Below, piece by piece: positions 8,455 to 17,400 of a stretch of DNA of 64,000 nt. Origin of the DNA: Kordia sp. GTDB lineage: Bacteria; Bacteroidota; Bacteroidia; Flavobacteriales; Flavobacteriaceae. The stretch's first letter is position 1, and each line of letters begins with the position of its first letter. The stretch is taken from assembly GCF_965283645.1 (NCBI RefSeq), contig NZ_CBDIPG010000002.1, positions 124,113 to 188,112 on the forward strand. The letters run 5' to 3'. The position numbers and the translations under genes were made by a program. The notes beneath the pieces were generated by a model. The model did not search any database. It was not told the DNA's origin and was given only the letters and a program-made list of their open reading frames with translations.

Positions 8455-9024
8455 ATGAAAATATTCCTTAAAATTCTTGGACAAATAATAGCACTCGGAA
8501 TAGTAATCTTTTTAGGAATATTATTGACTTGGGAACAAATTCCTGGAAATAAAAATATTTGTGATGCTGGTCAAGGACTTTACGGATTAGCTTGGTTGAT
8601 TTTCATAATTATTTCAATCGCTTTGTTTATAAATTCTTGGATTTTTCTAAATAAAAATAATTGGAAAAAATACCGAATTACTGTTATGATAATCTGTGTA
8701 CTTATCGTTTTAATATCGTTAACTCTAAGGTCTGTGATTTTTCAAGTATCATATGGAAAAGAAAAACATAAAATTGAAAATACCGAAAATTACAATCAGT
8801 TAATTGAAGTAAAACTTTATGAAAATGGAAAATTCTATTCTTGGACTTATGATATGGGTTGTCAATTAGAAAATATCGGAACATATAAATTGAATGGAAA
8901 TAAAATAACATTGGAATTTGGAAATGAAAAATCTGAATATTTAGGAACAGAATATCTAATCGAAAATGATAAAGTTGTCTGTAATAAAGGTTGTGATTAC
9001 GAAAACGAATTGAAAATAGAATAA
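8455..9024 (+). CDS. Cassette C membrane protein (3 predicted TM plus soluble C-terminus)
   Basis: Three hydrophobic stretches in the N-terminal half. Confidence 0.75.
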   Translation: MKIFLKILGQIIALGIVIFLGILLTWEQIPGNKNICDAGQGLYGLAWLIFIIISIALFINSWIFLNKNNWKKYRITVMIICVLIVLISLTLRSVIFQVSYGKEKHKIENTENYNQLIEVKLYENGKFYSWTYDMGCQLENIGTYKLNGNKITLEFGNEKSEYLGTEYLIENDKVVCNKGCDYENELKIE

Positions 9025-9030
9025 AATAAC

Positions 9031-9170
9031 TAAGCCTAACACCGTGTATAATTAATTGCTTTGGTCGTTGCTTATTTGGAAAATTCCTTCGGAAGTTTCT
9101 TGCGTTCGTTTTTGTTTACTAAATTAGTTGCTTAAAGACGCAACTAACCATACACAATCACGTTAGGCAC
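9031..9170 (+). repeat. attC-like site 3 (medium class)
   Basis: Near-identical to site 2: GCCTAAC-ACC-GTGTAT ... ATACAC-AATCAC-GTTAGGC. Confidence 0.85.
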
Positions 9171-9206
9171 AAGCAAAAGAAACCAACATTAACCAACTAT
9201 ATTAGA

Positions 9207-9608
9207 ATGAGTTTAGTTCAAATTGACAAACAAAAACTAATCGATACAGGATTTACGGAATCTGGTGTAAAAAGGTATGAAAATACTATTACAGAATATT
9301 CCCAAATACTATTCGATAAGTCTAAAAAATTCGGAGAAGCGCGAAAGGCCAACGATTCTGCGGTAGAAATAAATTATGAAAATGTTCAAGGAGCTGTGAA
9401 GGTAATTTCTTCAACATTCGCAGATGAAAAAATACCGAAATGGAAATTATGGGCTCAATCTGGTGAATATCTGATAACCGCACTTTGTGGTTATTTAGGT
9501 TCTCAAGCGACACAAGATAATGCACCAAGTCACTTCACAATATTCTTTGTAATATCTGCAGTTGTCGGAGTAGGTTTGTTTATCGTTAGAAAAACTTCAA
9601 AAAACTAA
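9207..9608 (+). CDS. Cassette D protein 1: putative histone-fold domain plus 2 TM helices
   Basis: FTESGVKRY..EYSQILFDKSKKFGEARK..EINYENVQGA pattern; hydrophobic C-terminus. Confidence 0.6.
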   Translation: MSLVQIDKQKLIDTGFTESGVKRYENTITEYSQILFDKSKKFGEARKANDSAVEINYENVQGAVKVISSTFADEKIPKWKLWAQSGEYLITALCGYLGSQATQDNAPSHFTIFFVISAVVGVGLFIVRKTSKN

Positions 9609-9612
9609 AAAA

Positions 9613-10122
9613 ATGAAAAAGTCAATAAAATACACAGATTCGGCTTCAAAAAAACTTAATAGTGTTTTGGAGAAAGTCAAAGAACAAATTGCTGATGATA
9701 TCGTTAATTCTAAAAATTATCCTGGAGAAGAACTTATTGAAATAACAGCTTCAGATATTGAAGAAACTTATCGCAGATTAAGCATACGGAATAACAAGTC
9801 AACATTTTACAGAAAAAGTAAAATGATAAGAATGATAATTCCTGTTTATTTTATTTTGGGTATTATGCTAACACTTTTTGGCATTTTTAGAAAAGATATT
9901 ATGGAATTAATTAAAAATGACAAAGAGGGTCTTATGTATTCACTAACAGGTTTTGTGATATCTCTAACTTCTGCTGCTATATTTTATCTATACAAAAATA
10001 AAGAGAATGAAAGAAGACGTGAATATGAAAAAGAACGTAGAAATCTAAGTAAGTGGATATCTGAAATTGATTTAGAAAAATATGATACTGAATTTCTGAA
10101 AGATGAAAATGCCAGTGCCTAA
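9613..10122 (+). CDS. Cassette D protein 2: putative histone-fold domain plus 2 TM helices and charged tail
   Basis: YTDSASKKL..EITASDIEET pattern; stop codon lies inside GCCTAAC of site 4. Confidence 0.6.
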   Translation: MKKSIKYTDSASKKLNSVLEKVKEQIADDIVNSKNYPGEELIEITASDIEETYRRLSIRNNKSTFYRKSKMIRMIIPVYFILGIMLTLFGIFRKDIMELIKNDKEGLMYSLTGFVISLTSAAIFYLYKNKENERRREYEKERRNLSKWISEIDLEKYDTEFLKDENASA

Positions 10123-10318
10123 CATCGTATAAAAACAATAGGGCAATTGTAGCAAAACCGAATGGTTTGGGCGCATTTGCAAGGTCGCCAAATTTTTAAA
10201 TTTGGCTTATTGAGAAAGAAAAAATAATAAGAAAAATTTAAAAATTCAGCTTGTGGCTCAACCGAATAGATAGCGTGCAAATCTGCCCTACTGTTCTTAT
10301 ACACAACCGTTATATATA
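10115..10318 (+). repeat. attC-like site 4 (long class)
   Basis: GCCTAAC-ATC-GTATAA-N6-TAGGGC ... GCCCTA-N6-TTATAC-ACAACC-GTTATAT. Confidence 0.82.
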
Positions 10319-10703
10319 ATTCAAAAAAAGAATCGGAGACATCCGTTAGAAAAGAGATTTTGGAACGATTTTATGTAGTTTTTAAAATCAATAGGTTTTC
10401 ATTTAAGTTTTTGTCAGTTACACTGTGAAAGACAGTTCTTTCAAACATTGTTAATGTACTCAAAAACTTGATTTAAGGTAGTAGATTTATTTGACAAAAT
10501 CAACTCTTTATAAAAAACGATAAAATCTAACGTTGTAAATGCTAAAAAACAGCACACGCCTTATACAAATATAAAGCGCATCCTTTTTTTTATTTCAAAC
10601 GGATTTCAATGCTCATTTGGGCTCTTTTTTGAACTCCTGTTTTTTACTTGAATTTAAGTTGTATTTTAGTTCAATAAAGAACGCAAAAAAACATATATAT
10701 AAC
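10309..10703 (+). other. Cassette E: apparently non-coding cassette
   Basis: Bounded by GTTATATATA and TATATATAAC; no ORF of 60 aa or more in the track. Confidence 0.65.
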
Positions 10704-10751
10704 ATTGTGTAAACCTGCATTAAAACGCAGTTTACACTTAACGTTACCTGC
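10694..10751 (+). repeat. attC-like site 5 (short class, 58 bp)
   Basis: TATAAC-ATT-GTGTAAACCTGC-8 nt loop-GCAGTTTACAC-TTAAC-GTTACCT, with one unpaired C in the left arm. Confidence 0.8.
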
Positions 10752-10770
10752 AAGCTGAAAAAAATTGAGT

Positions 10771-11460
10771 ATGACAAAAAACATTACACTTCTGATTTTA
10801 ATATTTATTATTTCAAGTTGCTCTGCACAAGAAAATTTTAGAGATTATTATTATCAAATTGGAACAAAAAAGGAAATCAAAGTTTACAAATATGTTGACA
10901 AAAACAATCCAAGGAATATTGAATATTGGAAAGTTACTACAAACCCGAAAACAAATAAAATTCTAACCGAATCTTTCACAACTGATTTTAGACTTTACAA
11001 TATATTCGAGGAAGAGCTGAAAACAAATGGAGCGGAAATAATTCGTTATGCAGATTTTGAGGTTAATGACGAAAAACAGAATATACGGATTGACGGAACG
11101 ATTGTCGATAAAGATGTTTATAAATGGAATGACACAAACAAATATATTTATTCAGTCAAATACACGAGTCCAAAATATGGAAATGAACAATTCATAAAAG
11201 AACGAACTAAAAATAGCTTTGAAAAAATAACTATTAGCGGAACTGAATATTCAACATTAAAATTTAAGGATGAATACGAGATTAAATCACTCGAAAATGA
11301 CCAGAACTATGAATTTCATCAATTTACCTATTACGCAAAGGGAATTGGAATGGTAAAATACCAAAGGTATCATCCAGATGGAGCAACGATTGAATTAGAA
11401 TTAACCGAAATCCTAACTGAAAAAGAATTTGATGAACTGAAAGAAAAAGCCAGCAGGTAA
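10771..11460 (+). CDS. Cassette F lipoprotein
   Basis: Lipobox ISSC; stop codon inside GGTAAC of site 6; start at ATG 10771. Confidence 0.8.
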   Translation: MTKNITLLILIFIISSCSAQENFRDYYYQIGTKKEIKVYKYVDKNNPRNIEYWKVTTNPKTNKILTESFTTDFRLYNIFEEELKTNGAEIIRYADFEVNDEKQNIRIDGTIVDKDVYKWNDTNKYIYSVKYTSPKYGNEQFIKERTKNSFEKITISGTEYSTLKFKDEYEIKSLENDQNYEFHQFTYYAKGIGMVKYQRYHPDGATIELELTEILTEKEFDELKEKASR

Positions 11461-11589
11461 CACCGTATATAATTCATTGCTAGTTATAGCCAGTTTACGA
11501 AAGTCCTCGCGGACTTTATTTGTCCGTAATTTTTTATAAATTAGGTGCTTAAAACACGCAACAAACCATATACAACAACGTTGCCATTA
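11453..11589 (+). repeat. attC-like site 6 (medium class variant)
   Basis: GGTAAC-ACC-GTATAT-N6-TTGC ... GCAA-N6-ATATAC-AACAAC-GTTGCCA. Confidence 0.8.
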
Positions 11590-11599
11590 ATTAGAACCT

Positions 11600-12442
11600 A
11601 TGACCAGAAACATTCCGAAAAAGGTAAGAGAAGCTTTAAGAAAAGAAGTCAATTTTGGATGTCCAATTGATGGTTGTGGCAGTCCTTATTTGAGTTATCA
11701 TCATTTTGACCCACCTTGGCATATTGAAAATCATCATAGACCAGAGGGAATGATTGCATTATGCCTCGAACATCACAAGCAAGCCGATTATAATGCATTC
11801 ACAGATGACCAATTAAAAGAATTTAAAAAAAATCCGTTCCTATCTTCAGATGATTCAATACAAGGTCAAATAAATTGGAAAAGAGAGAATTTAGTTTTCT
11901 TAATTGGGGGAAATGTTTTCATTGGAGCTCAAAATATTTATCTCAATAAACAAGAACAATTGTTGTGGCTCACTACTGATGAACAAGGTAATTCACTTCT
12001 GAATTTAGATATGAAATCCGAAAAGGGAGAATTGATTTTTTCATTACGTGATAATGATTGGTTGGTTATGTCCAATTTTGATAATATTGAAAGTATTCCG
12101 AGCGGAAAAAAATTATTCTTCGAAAATAAAACAGAAGATTTAAAAATCGATATTGAATTTAATAACTATTCAAAAGTCGACTTTCAAAAGAAATATGCAG
12201 AAGATATTCCAGCGAGGTGGATAGAGATAATTACAAATAAAATTGTTGCTGAACCTATCACAGTCTGCGTAATCAATGGTCACTTAACTTATCCTTTTGA
12301 AATTAGAATGGAATCAACAGGCACTACAATAAACGGAGAAGGAAGCGAGATTACTGTAATGGGAAGTCTAACTCTAAAAAATGTCAAGGAACACATAATG
12401 CAAAGAGGATTAGTTGTCGGAAGTGGAGTACTGATAAAGTAA
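11600..12442 (+). CDS. Cassette G protein with N-terminal HNH-type nuclease domain
   Basis: RKEVNFGCPIDGC..YHHFDP..MIALCLEHH. Confidence 0.75.
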   Translation: MTRNIPKKVREALRKEVNFGCPIDGCGSPYLSYHHFDPPWHIENHHRPEGMIALCLEHHKQADYNAFTDDQLKEFKKNPFLSSDDSIQGQINWKRENLVFLIGGNVFIGAQNIYLNKQEQLLWLTTDEQGNSLLNLDMKSEKGELIFSLRDNDWLVMSNFDNIESIPSGKKLFFENKTEDLKIDIEFNNYSKVDFQKKYAEDIPARWIEIITNKIVAEPITVCVINGHLTYPFEIRMESTGTTINGEGSEITVMGSLTLKNVKEHIMQRGLVVGSGVLIK

Positions 12443-12443
12443 C

Positions 12444-12647
12444 TAATGGCAACAATGTATATAAAAAATAACGCAAGTCGTTGCTAAAACAAAGGCTTGG
12501 GCATTATTTGGAAGTCGCCAAATTTTTCAATTTGACAATTTCCTAAAAATAAAATAAATAGTAAAATTTAAAAATTCGGCTTGTGTATAATCTGAAAAGT
12601 ATCGCTTACAACTGCCCTACTTTTCTTATACGGAGACGTTGGCAGTA
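12444..12647 (+). repeat. attC-like site 7 (long class, mismatched left arm)
   Basis: GGCAAC-AAT-GTATAT ... GCCCTA-N6-TTATAC-GGAGAC-GTTGGCA; centre resembles site 4. Confidence 0.75.
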
Positions 12648-12655
12648 ATACCGAA

Positions 12656-13744
12656 ATGAACATAGAATTAGAAAACCTACAATCGACTATAAAAAGGAAG
12701 TACAGTTTTAAATATAAACCTGAATTTTCTGAATCTTTCAAGACAGATATAAAAGACAACCAAATAATCCCATTAACTATTGAAGTTTTTGAAAAATTAG
12801 AATGGCCAATTGTCTTTAGAGACAATAAGTCAGTTGAAGCTAAAAGGAAAGGCGACTGGAATAAACTGACCGAAAAAATAACAATTACCAAAAAGGCTTC
12901 TGGTCGAATTGAGGTTCATAGTAAAACAATTGAAGGTAATTTCATTGATTTCGGAAAAAACTCTAAAAGAACTGGTTTATTCATTATTCTTTTTCAAAAG
13001 TTAGCTAAAGAATACCAAGAAAGCGGAAAACTCTCTGAATTAGAAACGGAGTTTGAAAAAGAAAACAGTTGGGCAGATTATGAAATTCCTTCAGAATTAC
13101 CAAAACCAAAAGAATTTGGAAAACCAAATTTAGTTCTTTCAATAATTGGAGGTCTTATTATCGCAATTCTGTTTGGAATATTAATTGCGTTTTTAACTAC
13201 AAAATTTACCTATTTCATTGGAATCTATGAATTCGCAATTGGAATCGGTATTGGATACTTCTTTGGTCAAGTTTTAAAGAAAACTAATTACATTGAGTTT
13301 AGATCAATTCAATTTATCATTGGAGGAATCGTGATTGTAATGTTTATAACGAATCTATTCACACAATATCAATTAATAATCGCAGAGAATAACATTTCAG
13401 AACTTAGCTTTTTTGAATTTATGAAACTGCGTTTTGAAGGCGGGTTAACAATAAAGGATTTAAATACAGGTTGGATTGGACTTACTTTAAGTTGGGTTTT
13501 TCAAATGGTTTTCCCTTACTTTTTAGCTGTCGGTAAAGTTGCAGGAATTACAGCAAATTATATTATTGAAAAAATTCCTGAAAAAGTACTTGAATATACA
13601 ATTTATCTTTTCGAAATGGAAAAGTCAGAAAGTGAAGTTAGAGCTGAATTAGCACAAAAAGGATGGAATAAAAAGTCTGACCAAGATAATGTTTTTAAAG
13701 CTATTGTCGAGATAAGTGGATTTCATCAAATGAACAGAGAATAA
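12656..13744 (+). CDS. Cassette H membrane protein (soluble N-terminus, about 4 TM)
   Basis: 362 aa with Gly-rich hydrophobic helices in the C-terminal half. Confidence 0.78.
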   Translation: MNIELENLQSTIKRKYSFKYKPEFSESFKTDIKDNQIIPLTIEVFEKLEWPIVFRDNKSVEAKRKGDWNKLTEKITITKKASGRIEVHSKTIEGNFIDFGKNSKRTGLFIILFQKLAKEYQESGKLSELETEFEKENSWADYEIPSELPKPKEFGKPNLVLSIIGGLIIAILFGILIAFLTTKFTYFIGIYEFAIGIGIGYFFGQVLKKTNYIEFRSIQFIIGGIVIVMFITNLFTQYQLIIAENNISELSFFEFMKLRFEGGLTIKDLNTGWIGLTLSWVFQMVFPYFLAVGKVAGITANYIIEKIPEKVLEYTIYLFEMEKSESEVRAELAQKGWNKKSDQDNVFKAIVEISGFHQMNRE

Positions 13745-13750
13745 AAGTAC

Positions 13751-13880
13751 TACTTGGCAACACCGTAAATAATTAATTGCTATTTATAATATACTTATGA
13801 AAACCCTCGCAGATTCTCTATTCATTTTTATTCGCCAAATTATATTCTTAAACAAATAATACACAAAACCATTACCAATA
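13751..13880 (+). repeat. Eroded attC-like site 8 (medium class)
   Basis: GGCAAC-ACC-GTAAATAATTAATTGC left arm aligns to sites 2, 3 and 6; right end reads ATTACC instead of GTT. Confidence 0.55.
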
Positions 13881-13886
13881 ATTAAG

Positions 13887-14282
13887 ATGAAGAAAATAAT
13901 TTTCATATTAACTTTGATATGCATATCTACTATTGGATTCAGTCAAACAGATTCAATTAAAGGAAACCAATTTGAACTAACGGGAAAGATTATCAATGAA
14001 ATTTCTTTAACTCCTCATTGTGGAAATTTTGCTTTCGGAACGGTCGTTGAATTTGAAATTATCGAATTTTCTGACTCCAATTATAAAGGTAGTTCTATAG
14101 GTGTGATTTTTACTTGTCCTGAATTCTATAAAAGTGGATTTTTTGAGATTGGAAAGACTTATACAATTACCATTGCTGATGAAAATCAAGCAGACTTCAG
14201 TTGGATTATTCCTAATGAATATATATTGAATAAATACAAGTTGGACAAAAAACTGTGGGTCATTGAAGCGAATAAGAAATAA
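13887..14282 (+). CDS. Cassette I-like secreted hypothetical protein
   Basis: Signal peptide MKKIIFILTLICISTIGFSQ. Confidence 0.75.
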   Translation: MKKIIFILTLICISTIGFSQTDSIKGNQFELTGKIINEISLTPHCGNFAFGTVVEFEIIEFSDSNYKGSSIGVIFTCPEFYKSGFFEIGKTYTITIADENQADFSWIIPNEYILNKYKLDKKLWVIEANKK

Positions 14283-14412
14283 TAAAATATGAAATCATAG
14301 TTCACTACGGCTGTTATGTTATATATACTAAACGTTACAAATTCCAAATACACAAAACCAAGCACATTCAAGATTTCCCAAATGTGCTCAACTTAAAATA
14401 TAGTAGTGTTTT

Positions 14413-17400
14413 CTAAACAACAACTTCCTCAGAAGTTTTCGATGTCAACTTTGTGAACTCTTGATTATCTTTCTGAAAATCTACCAATCGTGCAAAAAAC
14501 CAAATAAAGGCTTCTACTTGTCCGTTTAGCACAAATCTTCCACTAGAAATATGATCCAATACAGCTTGTATATCTAACGTTTGTAACGCAGTAAATGCTT
14601 CTTGATGTTGAATCCATACAGCACAAGAAGGCAAATCTGTGATGACTTCTGTATTTTGTGCTATATTTCCATCTTGTATAACAATTGTAATTGGCGTACT
14701 CTTTTCAGAAATACGCATGGAAATCGCAAGATTCGGTGTTGGGCGCGTAATTTGTGTCAACCAACGCTGCAAATACGAAGCAAACGTAGTTACCCAATAT
14801 TGAAGTGCTTCCCGCGTTACATTCACTTTTTCCTGCTTTTGTTCTTCAATAAGCATTTGCGCATCTATTTCGCGTTCAGCTTCAATAAGTGCTTCCAGCG
14901 TTTTATCAATATCTTTTCGCGTATGCGCTGCCGAACAAATAAATCGTAAACGTCCACGCCCAATTTCAACAATTGGATAGGTTACCGCCAAGGTTTGAAC
15001 GCCACGTTTGTACAAACTTTGCACAATAGCATACAATTTATCTTTATCGCCAAAATGTGGTGTGATAATTGGTCCGTCACCTGTGCCTAAATCATAGCCA
15101 GCTTCTTCAAATCGTCGGCGCATGTATCGTGTTCTGTCCCATAATTGTTCGCGTAGTTTTTCATCAGCGCGAAGCATTCTCAATGAAGTCAACGCTGCAG
15201 CAATATCTGCCGGACTGATAGACGCCTGAAATATATACGCTCTTGAGGATGCTTTTAACAAACCTATATGTTCACGACTCGCGGCAATAATTCCACCGAT
15301 ACTTCCCAACGCTTTGCTCAGTGTTGTCATTAAGAAATCTACATCTGCGGTTGCACCTTGTTCGGCACAAATTCCAGCTCCATTTTTTCCATAAAAACCA
15401 AAAGAATGTGCTTCATCTACAAACGTAAGTGCATTGTATTTTTTTGCCATACGCACAACTTCTGCTACAGGCGCAGTTCCTTCTCCCATACTATACACAC
15501 TTTCCAACACTACCAAAACTGTGCGATACGGAGAAACTTCTGTCTGTAACACTGCTTCTAAATCGTTTGCATCATTGTGTTTAAATGTTCGTATTTCGGC
15601 ACCGCTCAAACGCGCGCCATCTACTATGGAAGCATGACACAATTGATCGATAATGACAACATCATTTTTTCCAAGAATTCCAGAAATGGCACCTACATTT
15701 GCCGTGTAACCTGTGGGAAACAAGCAAGCATCTTCTTTTCCGACCAAATCAGCAAACTCTCTTTCAAAAGCTACATGCTGATTCGTCATTCCAGATGCCG
15801 ATGCAGAAATCCCCATTCCTGTACCAAATTTTTCCAAAGCGGCTGTCGCTTCTTTGATCACGTTGGCATCTCTATTTAAACCAAAATACAAGTTCGTAGA
15901 CCAAATAATTGCTTCCTGTTCTTCATCATTAAATGCATCACCAACTACACCTGTGGCGGCACTTCCAGTTCGTAATACTTTCCCGTAAGGATTTCTACGA
16001 TTGTCATTTACCATACGCAACACTTCCTGCACAAGCTTGCTTTTATCATCCGCGCTCCAAGCTGTTGCGTTTGCCGCTTGAAACGTTGGAAAACTCGCTT
16101 GAATATCAAATTGAAATTTCGCCAGCGTATCACTCATCACCTTGCACGGTTGATGTGTAGGTTGTGCTTCCACTCCATTGGTTGTTATGTTGGCAATATA
16201 AGTTGCCAAAGCATTTGCTGTTGGATATTCAAAAACCGTTGGCGCTGTGATCTTTTTTCCTAACGATTTTGAAAGTCTACTGCTAAATTCCAACGTAGTT
16301 AACGAATCGAGTCCGAATGCATCAAACGGTTGATTGGGTAAGATTTCTTTTGGATCGTTTATATTAAGAATCGTAGCAATTCCGCTTTGAATAGTAGCTA
16401 AAATGGCTTCTTTTAAGGAGTTATTTGAATTTTTAAAGCTTTCCAGCAGATTTTCCTCAGTAGTTTGTTTTGTCGATGGAGTTTGTGACAAACGCATGAG
16501 TTGCTTTCGATCAAGCTTATCATTTGGTAACAATGGCAATTCATCTAAATAATTAACAACTTGCGGCACCATATATTTTGGCAATCGTTCCGAAATGTAT
16601 GATTTGATGTTTTCCGTTGTAATTGATGCATCTTTCTTTACAACGTATACAACCAACATTTGTTGACCAATGCCGCCTTCAACAGCCGCAGCCGCTACAG
16701 CATCAATGCCATTCATTGATTCAAGTGTAGATTCAATTTCTTCGAGTTCAATTCGGAAACCTCTAATTTTCACTTGTTGATCAACTCTTCCCAGAAATTC
16801 AATTTCCCCATTTTCTGTCCAACGGCATAAATCGCCTGTTTTATACAATCTGTTATCTGGAATAGCTTCCGAAGGTGTAATTTCAATAAAACGTTCCTTT
16901 GTTTTTACTTCATCATATAAATAACCACGCGCCAATTTCGTTCCCGCAAGGTGTAATTCTCCAGCATCTCCATTAGATACAGGTTGTAAATTATCATTTA
17001 AAATATACGCTCGTGAGTTTGGAACTGACTTTCCAATTGTAATAACTTTTGCATCACGAGCAACTTCTGAAATCGTTGAATATACGGTATCTTCAGTAGG
17101 TCCGTATGCGTTTAAGACTCTTTCAACTGAATCATGTGCATACACTTGCTGCACCAATGAACGCTTTAGAGCTTCTCCTCCAAAAACAACACACTTTATA
17201 TTTTCAGGTAATATTTCTGTTGCCAATAATGCTTGTACTGACGACGGAACCATTACAAATGTTCGTACTTCATCTAACGCTGGAATTTTAGTCAATTCTA
17301 AAGCATTTTTTACTAATATTATTTTTCCACCAAGTGATAATGTTCCCATGATTTCCATCACAGACGTATCAAAACAAACAGATGCTGCAGCAAGCATTCC

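Larger units (their letters stand above)
6654..14340 (+). mobile_element. Integron-like gene cassette array, no integrase in window (CALIN-like)
   Basis: Co-oriented short genes separated by AAC...GTT folded sites; cassette ends are reverse complements of their own starts. Confidence 0.8.

Noticed and set aside
10119-10304. 61 aa minus-strand ORF
   Set aside because: It lies entirely within attC-like site 4 and is a by-product of the repeat.
7457-12647. CRISPR array interpretation of the repeats
   Set aside because: Repeats are 58-200 bp, belong to several families and are separated by 400-1100 bp gene-bearing units; no cas genes are recognisable.
12568-12891. 107 aa minus-strand ORF
   Set aside because: It overlaps site 7 and is antisense to cassette H; no recognisable features.
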